DNA of 64,000 bases, taken from positions 98,594 through 162,593 of the forward strand of contig JAPLDI010000049.1 in the NCBI GenBank assembly GCA_026391795.1, read 5' to 3'. Under the pieces are notes generated by a model. It was not told the origin of the DNA. It was given only the letters and a program-made list of their open reading frames with translations, and did not search any database. This DNA is from Bacteroidota bacterium (GTDB lineage Bacteria > Bacteroidota > Bacteroidia > Bacteroidales > FEN-979). Position numbers and translations under genes: made by a program. This document shows, one piece after another, positions 1 through 10,117 of this stretch. Every line of letters begins with the position of its first letter. Within the stretch, counting starts at the first letter, position 1.

Positions 1-387
1 GACTGTAAAAATTTCAAAAGGAAGGACATGTTTGTCATGAATAAAAAACTTCAGGAATATAGGGTAGTAGGGCGGGTTTATCCAGAACCCGCTATAGATC
101 CTGGATTCCATATTGCCGAAGAGGATCAGAAGAAACCAGCCGAAGGCAAAACTCATATGCATGTAACCCAGCATCGGATTCCTCCGGAACATTTTGCGAT
201 GCAAAAGGCTTTCAAAAAAGATCTCCCTCAGGGCAAAAAATATTCTTGGGCTCCGAAGTCCGGACTTAAATTTCCTTTTATCTTCAACATCCATCTCATG
301 GATCCAGCTCCTGTTCTTCATGATCATTGTGAAGAACAGGAATATAAACCCGAGGCTGAAAGGAAGGACAAACAGGTTGAAGGTCAT
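1..387 (-). CDS. Membrane-anchored protein, probably an HdrD/GlpC-like Fe-S oxidoreductase N-terminus; 3'-partial at the window edge
   Basis: Not in the ORF track. Manual translation from ATG at 387, which overlaps the upstream TGA (ATGA): MTFNLFVLPFSLGFIFLFFTMIMKNRSW...EIFFESLLHRKMFRRNPMLGYMHMSFAFGWFLLILFGNMES..., open to position 1. Hydrophobic helices; last visible gene of the hdr operon. The Fe-S part is inferred, not seen. Confidence 0.7.
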   Translation of the reverse strand, partial: MTFNLFVLPFSLGFIFLFFTMIMKNRSWIHEMDVEDKRKFKSGLRSPRIFFALREIFFESLLHRKMFRRNPMLGYMHMSFAFGWFLLILFGNMESRIYSGFWINPPYYPIFLKFFIHDKHVLPFEIFTV

Positions 388-719
388 AGTCCGGATTTTT
401 CCAATGCAGTGTGGATGGATAGGATCAGGTTTCTCAGATTGACACCGCGGGGACAAACAAGCTGGCATTTGCCGCAGAGCATGCATTTCATGATCTCTTT
501 TTTCAGGTGTTTCAACTCACCTCTCTGGATCAGGGTATGGATCTTCCGGATATTAAAATCTGTAAAATGCCCAGTCGTGCAGGTTGCTGTGCAGCTTCCA
601 CAGCCCATGCATAATAGGATGGAAGGTTCTATTTCATTAATGAAGACGGTCACGTTCCGGTCATTCGCATCGAAATCAATCTGACGGTCCTCGGTGATGT
701 TATATCCAAAAGATTTCAT
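384..719 (-). CDS. Small 4Fe-4S dicluster protein (HdrC-like)
   Basis: CMGCGSCTATC and CMLCGKCQLVCP ferredoxin motifs; within the hdr operon. Confidence 0.9.
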   Translation of the reverse strand: MKSFGYNITEDRQIDFDANDRNVTVFINEIEPSILLCMGCGSCTATCTTGHFTDFNIRKIHTLIQRGELKHLKKEIMKCMLCGKCQLVCPRGVNLRNLILSIHTALEKSGL

Positions 720-724
720 CCCGG

Positions 725-1741
725 TTATTTTAAGTAATCTGCAACCTGGATTGCTGTTGCACGGGCATCTGTAATGGTATTTGCGATCCCGGCCGGACCT
801 TTCACTGTCCCTGCGAGAAAGACTCCGGGTATTTCGGTGGAGTTAGTTATGGTATGTTCATCGGCCGGGCAGAGAAACCGGTCATCTCCCTCTTTGAGTC
901 CCAGCATGGCTGCCAGCCTCCGGGTCTCTGGTGAGGGTACAAATCCGACGAGCAGGATCAGCAGGTCAACTTTCATTTTTAGCGGTAGTCCGGTCAGGGT
1001 GTCTTCAACTTTAACCAGCAAGGTATGATCTGTGTTCTCTGAAGCTTCTGAAAGTCTGCCCCGTATGAACTGGATTCCCCATTTTTCCTGTGCCTCATAG
1101 TACATTTCCTCAAAATGGCGGTCAAACATCCGGAGGTCCATGTAAAAACAGAAGATCTCAGCATCCGGCATAAGCTCTTTGATCTCGATGGCCTGCTTGA
1201 CTCCCGTAACGCAGCACAATTTTGAACAATACAGGTTTCCTGCCTTCTCGTCCCTCGAGCCCACACAATGTATGATCCCGATCCGTTTTGATGCGACTCC
1301 TTCAAGCAGGTTTTTTTGTTTATTGCTTCGGAAGAATTCTTCAAGTTCAACAGAGGTGATCACATTGTCATAGATTCCATAACCGTATTCCTCTTTTTTC
1401 CTTGCATCAAAGACCTCGTAACCGGTAGCAATAACGAGGGCATCTGACTGAAGTTCCTTGCCATCCTGTAAGGCAATTGTGAATTTCTCTTCTGATTTTC
1501 TTATGTTACTAATCTCGGCATTTAAATGCAGGGATATGCCGTCGTTCATCCCCTTCTCAAGGTAATCAAACACTTCATCGCTGTTGCGCCTGTTCGGGAA
1601 CAGACGGTCCCAGTTCTTCAGGTGCCCACCGAGGTGGGGCTGTTTTTCGATAAGGTCAACTTCAACTCCGAGCCGTGCAAGCTGAGAAGCCGTTTCCATG
1701 CCTGCAGTGCCTCCTCCGATGATAATGGCTGTTTTACTCAT
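725..1741 (-). CDS. hdrA: Heterodisulfide reductase subunit A-like flavoprotein (short form)
   Basis: GGGTAG FAD motif; HCVGSRD...YCSKLCC; FYMDLR; GVFLAG; no inserted ferredoxin domains. Confidence 0.9.
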   Translation of the reverse strand: MSKTAIIIGGGTAGMETASQLARLGVEVDLIEKQPHLGGHLKNWDRLFPNRRNSDEVFDYLEKGMNDGISLHLNAEISNIRKSEEKFTIALQDGKELQSDALVIATGYEVFDARKKEEYGYGIYDNVITSVELEEFFRSNKQKNLLEGVASKRIGIIHCVGSRDEKAGNLYCSKLCCVTGVKQAIEIKELMPDAEIFCFYMDLRMFDRHFEEMYYEAQEKWGIQFIRGRLSEASENTDHTLLVKVEDTLTGLPLKMKVDLLILLVGFVPSPETRRLAAMLGLKEGDDRFLCPADEHTITNSTEIPGVFLAGTVKGPAGIANTITDARATAIQVADYLK

Positions 1742-2820
1742 ACTTCTTTGGCGTAAAATTTGAGGGTTGTCGGGGCCTCCGGTTTGCCAAGATCCTGGCC
1801 GTCAGCACCCCTGAATTTCATCTCCGGATCGTAAGGAATACCCATCTTATCAAGCAGGGGCTCTGCCGGGACTTGGTGAACCTGTAAGCCAAGATCCCAG
1901 GGATTGTATCCAAGAACAAGTCCTGCCAGTTCTTCATAAGTCAGGACAGGAATTCCCTGGTTATTTTCCCCATAGGTCTTTCCCTCCATCTCGCTGATGG
2001 CATATTGCCACCGGTCGAGAAACATAGGGCATCCCGGGCAGTTTGTTAGGATCATATCGGGTTTGTAAGGTTCCATGGAATCGAATTTTTTCTTCGAGCA
2101 GGAGATGGAAAAACCACGGTTGGCCTGCACAAGATACTGCCGGAATCCGAACCCGCAGCAATGCCTTCGTTCAGGGTAATCGATCACCTCACCGCCCCAG
2201 TCTTCGATCATTCCGACAAGAACATAAGGATATTCCGCCCCGCCGATTCCTTTGCTTGGGAACATCTTTGAATAGTGACAACCAATATGTTCAACCACCC
2301 TCAATGGCTTCCCGGTATCCTTGTTCACGAGGCTGTATTTACTCTTTTCCGCAATTTCCTTACGGAATTTAAAAATAATATCGGAGGCGTGGGACACATT
2401 TGCAGGCTTTTTGAATTCTCTCCCCGTGGCTTTGCGCAGGAATTGCCTCGTTTTTTCTTCCAGTTCAGGAAAGTGATGCCATGTTTCAAGCACTTCAGAA
2501 TAGAGCCCGAAGGAGGTGATGCAGGAGGTTACCAGATTTTCGTATCCTGCTTCGGTCATCAGTGCGAACTGTCGCGCCACCATCGTCATGGAAGTCTCAA
2601 AAGGAATGATATCGGTGTGGTATCCGATCCCGGAACAGGTCGTGTGGGAAGGATTTTCAAAAAGGTCCTTCTTAAGCTCGTATTGCAGGATCCGAAGGAA
2701 AGTTTTTTCAGAGCCGGGAAAGAAGTTCTGCCTGACGCAGCTTCTCACATAAAAAAAATGATCCTCCGCGATCTCCTTCTGGTATTCCTTCCAGATATTT
2801 TGTTTCCCTTCAATCTTCAT
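1738..2820 (-). CDS. hdrB: Heterodisulfide reductase subunit B-like (CCG domain) protein
   Basis: HIGCH, CCGFG and CPGC motifs; lies between hdrC and hdrA. Confidence 0.9.
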   Translation of the reverse strand: MKIEGKQNIWKEYQKEIAEDHFFYVRSCVRQNFFPGSEKTFLRILQYELKKDLFENPSHTTCSGIGYHTDIIPFETSMTMVARQFALMTEAGYENLVTSCITSFGLYSEVLETWHHFPELEEKTRQFLRKATGREFKKPANVSHASDIIFKFRKEIAEKSKYSLVNKDTGKPLRVVEHIGCHYSKMFPSKGIGGAEYPYVLVGMIEDWGGEVIDYPERRHCCGFGFRQYLVQANRGFSISCSKKKFDSMEPYKPDMILTNCPGCPMFLDRWQYAISEMEGKTYGENNQGIPVLTYEELAGLVLGYNPWDLGLQVHQVPAEPLLDKMGIPYDPEMKFRGADGQDLGKPEAPTTLKFYAKEV

Positions 2821-3529
2821 TTTTTCGGGTATGATCTCCTGAATTTTCAGTATAGATAAACTTCATATAGTCGTCATTTTTCCCATCGTTCATCTCCATT
2901 CCCATCTCTGCTGCTTTTTTTCTGGAAAATTCTTCAATCTTCTCCATCCTGGAGAGTCCTCCAGTAACTTCAAAGATCCTCCGGATCTCGCCCAGTGCTT
3001 CCTCCGGTATCTTACGGAGAATCCCGCCGCCGGTACCTTTGTAGTTGGCCCCGAGCCGGTTCATAACAGCCTCCATGTTCTTATGTTCCCATTCCCATAC
3101 CGGTCCCTGTTCTGGGTGCATGTCTGGAAGGATCTCAGAAGGGTAGAGGCAATACCCATATTCAAGGATCCATTTGCCGATCGTTCTTTTGATGGCCAGC
3201 TGCTGGCGTCCTTTTTCAGATTCAGTAAAATATCCAAGTTCCTGCGAGAGTGAACGCAAGGCCTGGATCAGCAACCCCGGGGCATTTCCCCTCGGACAAC
3301 GTGTAACGCACGACATGCACTCCCCGCAGTACCAAATGGTATTGCTTTTTAACAACTCCTCAATCTGTGATTGATCCCTGGTCTGGAGGATGTCAAGAAT
3401 TCTTCGGGGCTGGTAATCGTAAAATTCGGCGGCAGGGCAGATTGCGGTACAGGTACCACAATTCAGGCAGGCTTTCAAACCTTCCCTGAACCTGACATCT
3501 TCGAATAATTTATCGTAAAGATCGGACAT
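2810..3529 (-). CDS. hdrC: Heterodisulfide reductase subunit C-like 4Fe-4S protein
   Basis: CLNCGTCTAICP and IWYCGECMSCVTRCPRG. Confidence 0.9.
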   Translation of the reverse strand: MSDLYDKLFEDVRFREGLKACLNCGTCTAICPAAEFYDYQPRRILDILQTRDQSQIEELLKSNTIWYCGECMSCVTRCPRGNAPGLLIQALRSLSQELGYFTESEKGRQQLAIKRTIGKWILEYGYCLYPSEILPDMHPEQGPVWEWEHKNMEAVMNRLGANYKGTGGGILRKIPEEALGEIRRIFEVTGGLSRMEKIEEFSRKKAAEMGMEMNDGKNDDYMKFIYTENSGDHTRKNED

Positions 3530-3558
3530 AAGAGTTCATTGACCCGTTGCTCTATTGA

Positions 3559-3586
3559 CAAAGGTATGAAAAAAGCGAAAGCCAAA
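3559..3586 (-). promoter_or_regulatory. Bacteroidota sigma-A-type promoter of the hdr operon
   Basis: TACCTTTG (-7 box, 3559-3566) with an upstream TTTG (3583-3586), 30 nt before the hdrC ATG. Confidence 0.6.
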
Positions 3587-3599
3587 ACGGTTTCAGAAA

Positions 3600-4289
3600 C
3601 TACCGGTTGGTAAAGACATATTGAAGCAGGTTTGCTCCCATCTGGAGGGCTTTCAATCGGGTCGGCTCGGAGTCGTGATGAACATCCTGGTCTTCCCAGC
3701 CATCACCAAGATCACATTGATAGGTATAATAAACAATGAGCCGTCCTTCATAGAACAATCCAAATCCCTGGGCAGGCAGCCCGTCGTGTTCATGGATCTT
3801 AGGCAATCCATTGGGGAAATCATACGGTTTATGATAAAACGGGAAACTTATTGGAAGTTCGACCAGGTCAAGTTCGGGGAAAACTTTTTTCAGCTGCGGC
3901 CGGATGAATTTATCCATCCCGTAATTGTCGTCGATGTGCAGAAAACCTCCTCCGATAAGATAATCCCTCAGATTTTTCTGTTCCTGGGCCGAAAAGATCA
4001 CATTCCCATGGCCTGTCATATGTACAAAAGGATAGTTAAAGATTTCAGGACTCCCTGCATCGACGGTTGGCACATCTTCACTGATATTGGTTCCCAGGTT
4101 TTTATTTGCGAATTTTACCAGGTTGGGAAGGGACGTGGGATTGGCATACCAGTCGCCTCCTCCGGCATACTTCAGCAGGGCTATCTGGAAGGATGGAGGC
4201 GGGGAGAATGAAGAGAGGAGAATGAAACTTCCAATGAGAAAGATCCATCGTTTTACATTCAAGATTCCTGTAGATGTAGTGATCATCAT
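3600..4289 (-). CDS. DUF4159 family protein
   Basis: LKYAGGGDWYANPTSL, MTGHGNV, GGFLHIDDNYG, DLGDGWED. Start chosen at the ATGA overlap with the rsmE stop; start uncertain. Confidence 0.8.
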   Translation of the reverse strand: MMITTSTGILNVKRWIFLIGSFILLSSFSPPPSFQIALLKYAGGGDWYANPTSLPNLVKFANKNLGTNISEDVPTVDAGSPEIFNYPFVHMTGHGNVIFSAQEQKNLRDYLIGGGFLHIDDNYGMDKFIRPQLKKVFPELDLVELPISFPFYHKPYDFPNGLPKIHEHDGLPAQGFGLFYEGRLIVYYTYQCDLGDGWEDQDVHHDSEPTRLKALQMGANLLQYVFTNR

Positions 4290-4987
4290 GAGTTTAGCAA
4301 TGAGATGGTATGACATGCCACAATCCCGGCAGTCTCCGTCCGTAAACGACTTTTTCCTAAACTTATTGGGAGGAAACCCTCTTTTTTTGAGAGGATGATC
4401 TCTTCCGGAGAGAAATCACCTTCAGGGCCGATCAGGATCATTGAATTTTCTCCTTTCCTGTATACTTTCTGAAGTTCATCTTCTTCGCCTGATTCGCAGT
4501 AAGCGATGAACTTTCCTCCGTTGAAATCTCCGGAGAGAACAGCTTTCAGGGGAGAAGGCTCATTCAGCTTTGGCAGGTAAGCTTTCAGCGATTGTTTCAT
4601 TGCTGCTACAATAATCTTTTGAAGACGTTCTGTCTTGATCCGGATCCGTTCAGAATGGGCACAAAAAAGGGGTGTGATCTCGTCAATTCCGATCTCCGTG
4701 GCCTTTTCAAGGAACCACTCGAAGCGATCAAGACTTTTGGTTGGTGCAATTCCAATGTGCAGATAAGTTTTTCGTTTCAGGTACTCTGTTTGAACGGAAA
4801 CTACATTTACAATGCATTTCCTGGGATCAGCAATCTGTATTACGCATTCATAGAGGTTCCCCTGACCATCTGCAAGGTGAATTATTCCTCCTTCTGCCAA
4901 TCGGAGAACACGCGTACAATGCCATGATTCCTGCTCACCCAGCAGATTGGAACCTTGTGTTACGACTGGTGAATAAAAGAGATGCAT
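4286..4987 (-). CDS. rsmE: 16S rRNA m3U1498 methyltransferase
   Basis: HCTRVLRL, EKATEIG, IGPEGDFS, LGKSRLRTETAG; likely true start MHLFY at 4987. Confidence 0.95.
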   Translation of the reverse strand: MHLFYSPVVTQGSNLLGEQESWHCTRVLRLAEGGIIHLADGQGNLYECVIQIADPRKCIVNVVSVQTEYLKRKTYLHIGIAPTKSLDRFEWFLEKATEIGIDEITPLFCAHSERIRIKTERLQKIIVAAMKQSLKAYLPKLNEPSPLKAVLSGDFNGGKFIAYCESGEEDELQKVYRKGENSMILIGPEGDFSPEEIILSKKEGFLPISLGKSRLRTETAGIVACHTISLLNS

Positions 4988-4993
4988 CCGTTC

Positions 4994-5033
4994 AAATGGT
5001 AAAATGGCAAGAATGTAAAATGATAAAATGGCA
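4994..5033. repeat. Degenerate 8-mer tandem repeat (AAATGGYA-like x5), intergenic
   Basis: aaatggta aaatggca agaatgta aaatgata aaatggca. Confidence 0.7.
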
Positions 5034-5060
5034 ATTGATGAAGAGAACCACTTTACAAAC

Positions 5061-5507
5061 TCAATCCGGTTTTGGGGTATCATTACCGCCGTCGAGTACG
5101 AACTTCCATTTTCCATTGGGAAATTTTTTCCAGATGGTAACATACGTTCCATATTCAACGGTGTCTTTCCCCTGGACCCGCAATTCCCATTTTCCGAAGG
5201 TATAACCCAGGTTGCCGGAGGCTTCAGCCAGGACAGGGACCCATTGAAGGTGGATCTGCTTGTCGGGCATGGTCTCAAGGTGTTTTTTGAGCTCTGCTTT
5301 CCCGAACAGCGGAAGCTGTCCTTGCCTGAGCATGATCACCGTATCCGCCGTATAGTTGAGAAAGGCTTCCTTCATGCCTTTTTCAATGCTCATGAGGTTG
5401 AAGTCCTGATCTGTTTTCAGGAGTTCCCTCTCCAGGAATTTTTTATCCTCGACGGGATGTATACACCCCGTAAGGATCACAAGCAGGAAGATGATTTTTT
5501 TTATCAT
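5061..5507 (-). CDS. NTF2/SnoaL-like (DUF4440) lipoprotein
   Basis: Lipobox LTGC; ASGNLGYTFG, GTYVTIWKK...WKFVLDGG. Confidence 0.8.
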   Translation of the reverse strand: MIKKIIFLLVILTGCIHPVEDKKFLERELLKTDQDFNLMSIEKGMKEAFLNYTADTVIMLRQGQLPLFGKAELKKHLETMPDKQIHLQWVPVLAEASGNLGYTFGKWELRVQGKDTVEYGTYVTIWKKFPNGKWKFVLDGGNDTPKPD

Positions 5508-5508
5508 A

Positions 5509-8500
5509 TTAATCCAGGATTACTTTCTTAACCGTTGTTGACTGATCGGACATGATACGGAAAAAATAGACTCCCTTAGCGAGACCTGAAAGGTTTAGCT
5601 TCTTTTCAAGGTTTCCGGTTTTAGCAGAAAAATGGTCGGAAAAGAGAGTTTGTCCCTGCAGGTTGACGACAGACAGATCGACGCTGGAAGAAGGATTTGC
5701 AAAAAAGATGTTAACAAAACCCGTGGTCGGGTTCGGGTAGATCCTGATCTCCTCATATTTGCTTTCCTTGTCCGAAACCCCGGTTGGTCCAGAGATAGAG
5801 ATATTATCGAGAAAAATGTTGTTTCCTCGACGGTTGTAAGATTCGAACAGGATCTTGACATTCTTCATCCCGGCCCAGGGGGAGATGTCCACCTGGTAGC
5901 AGCTCGTTCCATAAGCAGAACCGCACCAGTCGTAAGCGGATTGTGGAAAGAAGGAGGTCGACATTTTTTCATGCGTGGCGAAGACATTTGGTGTGCCATC
6001 AGGGCCGGCAGCAAGAATCCTTGTCCAGGTCGTTCCGCAGTCGCCAGAGATCTTCACGATCAGCGAATCCTTTACGGTGGCCTGTTGAGCATAAGCATGC
6101 TCAAAAGTTAACGCCAGTGAGCTGTAAGAACTGAAGTTCAGTGGCGGACTTACCAGCTGATCCCGGTTGGGCTTGGTGTAGCTGAACAGGTTGATCCAGG
6201 CAGCAAGGTGTCCGGGACTCGTTCCCGCAATGGTTATTGTATCCCAGGTTTTATCGTTGTCGGAATTAATGACGGTCCAGTGCTGATTGTTGAAACCATT
6301 CTCAAATCCCTCAGCAAATGGCAGCATGTAGCCTCCATAAATGATATAATCCAGTTTTGTCTGGGAATTGCTCCCTGTAGCGTTTGATGCAGTTAATCTG
6401 ACCGTATAATATCCCGGAACATTAAACTGAACAACAGGATTCTGGCTGCTTGCATCCGTTCCCTGGACGAAGGTCAGTGTAGCGGGTGAAAATTCCCAGC
6501 TCCAGGAAACAGGACAGTTGTCACTCTCATCCAGGAAATGAACAAGGTCACCTTCACATAAGACGGTTTTATCAGACGTGAAAGAGACGGCAGGTGCCTG
6601 TGCTGGATTTACGGTGATGTAGTTTGTTTTTGTAATTGAATCCGACCCGTTTCCGTTCCAGATCTTCATCTTTACAGAATAGGTCCCGGGAGTATTGTAC
6701 ACGATACCTGAGGGATTCTTTACTGCCGACGTGGATGGAGTCCCTCCTGTAAATGTCCATTGCCAGCTTGTTGGTGTACCGCTGGAAAGGTCTGTGAAAT
6801 TCACGCTGCAACCTGCCGGCATGGTTGTTTTGCTGGCTGTGAAATCAGCTATGGGGGCTGCATGATACATATCTGAACCCCAGAGTCCTCTTCCATAGGT
6901 ACATCCCCTGATCACATCACTGGAAACGCTGTCGTTATCATAATAGATTTCTACTTCCGTAACCTTTGCATTCGCTGGAAGCCCTTCGCTGAAAGGAACC
7001 CAGCCCGTCATTGATGAGTTTTTGTAGTAAACGCCTGCATCTGTACTCACATAAAGTCCTTCCAGGTCGTTTTTATAATAGGCGATTGAATTCATATGCA
7101 CTGCAGGAAGGTTGAGGCTGATGTTGGTCCAGGAAACACCTTTGTTAACCGATTTATAAACAGAATTTCCAGCGGTGATATAAACAGTGTTTGGATCCGT
7201 GGGGTGTGCCGTAATGTCAGTAGGAGTTGAAGCCACCGGCAGATAGGGAGTAAGGTCAACCCAGGTGGGATTGACATCCATGCAGTTGTCGGATCTGAAA
7301 AAACGCGTGTCTGATCGCGAAGCATAGAGAATGTTTGTATTGGCAGGTGAATTTTCAAGAGCAACAAGGTCGCTGCCGTTACTGCCGCCAAGGTTGTCAG
7401 AAATCTTTTGCCAGGTAGGATTACCTACCCTGATATACGTACTTCTCCAGATATTCTTGTATCCGATGAACATGGTATTCGCGTCAGTCGCATTAAAGAT
7501 GAACGGTGTCACCCATCCACCGCTTTCATTGATTCCGTTGATGCCATTTCCGGCTATATGCCTTTCAGCGGCATTGTTGTATCTGCGGTAGATGTCCCCG
7601 TAATATAATGTATAGTAGCTGTAACCGTCATTCTGGAAGTCAATGGCACATTCCATACCATCACCTCCGCCAGTTGCCACCCAATCAGCGGGAGTAAGGG
7701 TATAGGTTCCGTTATCCTGGAAGCCGTTGATTACATGGTTTTTCGATAACTGGGCCTGGCCGAGTTTATAGATCTGTCCGATGGTAACACCGGTAATCCT
7801 GTAATCCCAGGTAGTCCCCCCGTCAGAAGTGGAAAATACACCGCCGTCATTTCCTGCAAACAGATGTCCGTTGACCGGTGAATACCCGAGATAATGACAA
7901 TCTGCATGAACGGAGGGTACGCTGCATCCACCGTACCAGTGCGAATTGATGGTCCAGGTTAATCCGCCGTCCGTTGATTTCCATACATTCACACCACCAA
8001 CATAGATCGTATTTGCTGAAGTCGGGTCGGCTGCCAGTGCAAGGTCATACCAGCCTTGTCCGCCGGTACCGCTTCCGTCGCAACTCCAGTCCATGATATT
8101 CGGTGAGGTGGACCGCATACTGAAAGAGAGTCCGGAATCGGTGGAGCGGTAAACGCCACCGTACCCATTATCACCGGCTGCATAAAGAATATAAACATAA
8201 GCAGGGTTTGCAGCAGAAACAGCGATAGTTGAACGTTGTCCGCTGCCTACACCGGAGGTTATCAGGTTAAATGTCACACCGTTATCGCTTGAACGGAAAA
8301 ACTGTGAACCACCTGCAGCATAAATGATGGAATGATTTCCCGGCTTAAACTCAATACTTTTGAAGTTTCCTGATTCCGTCAGTGTCCATGTATTTCCGGC
8401 GTCAACGGTCCGGTAAACTCCTCCGCTGGTGGCTGCAAGCATGATGGAGGAATTGGTGGGATCCTGGATCATGGACCCGACGGTTTTGTCACCCATTCCG

Positions 8501-9177
8501 GTTTTCGACGCAGACCAGCTCAACCCGCCGTTGATACTTTTATATACGCCCAGACCAGTGGCATCACCTGCGTCGCGGTCGCCGGTACCGATAAAGATCC
8601 TGTTAGGATTCGAATAATCAACGATGATAGCGGAAACTCCCAGGGTAGGCATCGTGTCGGTATGGGTCACCCAGGTCAGGCCACCATCGGATGTCTGCCA
8701 CATTCCACCCGAAGGAGAGCCGATATAGAATTTATTAGGGTCGGTGGGATGATATCCAACGGTATTAACCCGTCCCAATCCTTCGTATCCGGCAGGCCCG
8801 GGCAGGGGTATGGTTGCAGGTCCCAACGATATCCAGTTTCCGTTTGTGGACGTATAGCTTTTTAAAAAGTCCTCATATGACTTCTCAGCCAGCTCAGGTG
8901 CCGGGCGGTCGCCATTGGGTAAAACACGGCTCTGCATCATGTATTCCCAACGTTTGAATACTTTCCAACCGCATCCTTTCGTGATCGGCCGGTTCTGCCA
9001 GTAAATGTTGAAGGCTCTTTGTACCTTAAAGAAGTTTACGTTCGGATCCTGCATCATCTGAACCCAATAGGGGTAATTGGCAGTATCCTTCGAAACATCA
9101 TTTGACGTGTTTTGTTGAGCGCTGGCGGAAATAACCCGCAGGCAAAGAAAGACCGAAATGATAATGAACTTTTTCAT
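5509..9177 (-). CDS. T9SS-secreted BNR/VPS10-like beta-propeller protein with two PKD domains
   Basis: Signal peptide MKKFIIISVF; many SxDGGxTW Asp-boxes; PKD motifs (FTDLSSGTPTSWQWTF); C-terminal IYPNPT...KKVILD T9SS domain. Confidence 0.9.
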   Translation of the reverse strand: MKKFIIISVFLCLRVISASAQQNTSNDVSKDTANYPYWVQMMQDPNVNFFKVQRAFNIYWQNRPITKGCGWKVFKRWEYMMQSRVLPNGDRPAPELAEKSYEDFLKSYTSTNGNWISLGPATIPLPGPAGYEGLGRVNTVGYHPTDPNKFYIGSPSGGMWQTSDGGLTWVTHTDTMPTLGVSAIIVDYSNPNRIFIGTGDRDAGDATGLGVYKSINGGLSWSASKTGMGDKTVGSMIQDPTNSSIMLAATSGGVYRTVDAGNTWTLTESGNFKSIEFKPGNHSIIYAAGGSQFFRSSDNGVTFNLITSGVGSGQRSTIAVSAANPAYVYILYAAGDNGYGGVYRSTDSGLSFSMRSTSPNIMDWSCDGSGTGGQGWYDLALAADPTSANTIYVGGVNVWKSTDGGLTWTINSHWYGGCSVPSVHADCHYLGYSPVNGHLFAGNDGGVFSTSDGGTTWDYRITGVTIGQIYKLGQAQLSKNHVINGFQDNGTYTLTPADWVATGGGDGMECAIDFQNDGYSYYTLYYGDIYRRYNNAAERHIAGNGINGINESGGWVTPFIFNATDANTMFIGYKNIWRSTYIRVGNPTWQKISDNLGGSNGSDLVALENSPANTNILYASRSDTRFFRSDNCMDVNPTWVDLTPYLPVASTPTDITAHPTDPNTVYITAGNSVYKSVNKGVSWTNISLNLPAVHMNSIAYYKNDLEGLYVSTDAGVYYKNSSMTGWVPFSEGLPANAKVTEVEIYYDNDSVSSDVIRGCTYGRGLWGSDMYHAAPIADFTASKTTMPAGCSVNFTDLSSGTPTSWQWTFTGGTPSTSAVKNPSGIVYNTPGTYSVKMKIWNGNGSDSITKTNYITVNPAQAPAVSFTSDKTVLCEGDLVHFLDESDNCPVSWSWEFSPATLTFVQGTDASSQNPVVQFNVPGYYTVRLTASNATGSNSQTKLDYIIYGGYMLPFAEGFENGFNNQHWTVINSDNDKTWDTITIAGTSPGHLAAWINLFSYTKPNRDQLVSPPLNFSSYSSLALTFEHAYAQQATVKDSLIVKISGDCGTTWTRILAAGPDGTPNVFATHEKMSTSFFPQSAYDWCGSAYGTSCYQVDISPWAGMKNVKILFESYNRRGNNIFLDNISISGPTGVSDKESKYEEIRIYPNPTTGFVNIFFANPSSSVDLSVVNLQGQTLFSDHFSAKTGNLEKKLNLSGLAKGVYFFRIMSDQSTTVKKVILD

Positions 9178-9252
9178 AGTGGAATCAGGTTGGTGTTTTC
9201 GACAGACAAATGTACCCTTTTTTTTCTTTTTGCCGGCCCCCAATTCAACCTC

Positions 9253-10116
9253 TCAGGAAATAGTTTTTTCCAGGATCAACATCAGGAGGACCAGGAGCAG
9301 GAAGGTGTTCATAAGAATGAATAAAAGTTTATACCGCGGAATCTTGACGAAATAGAACTGATAGAAGAACAGCGAAAGGATGATCAGGTTCATTCCCGGG
9401 ATCATCAATTTTGAAAATAATAACATCCAGAACCCTGAGAGGACAAGCAGCAGGGAAGTTCCCGTTGCCCCGATCATCCATGCAAAAATGATATTCCGGA
9501 ATTGAAATTCATTGAAAACATCCGTCATCACCGGAAATCCTGCCAAACGGTACTCATTCCCGTACTTGATCATAAGAAGCCAGAAATGAGGGATTTGCCA
9601 CATGAAGAGGAAAAATGCCAGCAGGAAAACCGGGTGATCAGACAGCGATCCTCCGGCAGCTGACCATCCCATGTATACAGGAATCACACCCGACAGGGCT
9701 CCCGGAACAACAGCAAAAGCCGTCTTCTTTTTCAACCATGTGTAAAAACCATTGTACCACAAGATATTCAATAACCCCAGAACCACACATGTCCAAAAGG
9801 CGCCGGATGCAAGAAACGTCAAACCTGAAAGAAGCAGAAGGAAGGCAAAGAAAGAAGCATTTTTTGAACTGATTTTGCCGGAAGGAACGGGGCGGTGTTT
9901 TGTCCTTTCCATCTTTGCATCCTGTTCTTTTTCCTGCACCTGATTAAATGCAGATGCTCCGGAGGCCAGCAAAAAAATTCCCGCCAGGGGTACTATGGCT
10001 TTTGGGGATACTGTTCCGGATGCCGCACACCAGGCCGCAAAAGCAGATAAGGTTACAGAGAGCGAGACCCGAATCCGGATCAATTCCGGGAAGATCCGGG
10101 ATGCGAACGAAAGCAA
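9253..10116 (-). CDS. ctaB: Protoheme IX farnesyltransferase (heme O synthase)
   Basis: NQVQEKEQDAKMERTKHRPVPSG, YTWLKK, FMWQIPHFW, EYRLAGFP. Confidence 0.92.
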   Translation of the reverse strand: MLSFASRIFPELIRIRVSLSVTLSAFAAWCAASGTVSPKAIVPLAGIFLLASGASAFNQVQEKEQDAKMERTKHRPVPSGKISSKNASFFAFLLLLSGLTFLASGAFWTCVVLGLLNILWYNGFYTWLKKKTAFAVVPGALSGVIPVYMGWSAAGGSLSDHPVFLLAFFLFMWQIPHFWLLMIKYGNEYRLAGFPVMTDVFNEFQFRNIIFAWMIGATGTSLLLVLSGFWMLLFSKLMIPGMNLIILSLFFYQFYFVKIPRYKLLFILMNTFLLLVLLMLILEKTIS

Positions 10117-10117
10117 G

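Noticed and set aside
28..684. 218-aa plus-strand ORF
   Set aside because: Antisense shadow of the two minus-strand hdr-operon genes; no recognisable motifs
4988..5278. 97-aa N-terminal extension of RsmE in the ORF track
   Set aside because: Overlaps the NTF2-like gene and an intergenic repeat; RsmE similarity starts at MHLFY (4987)
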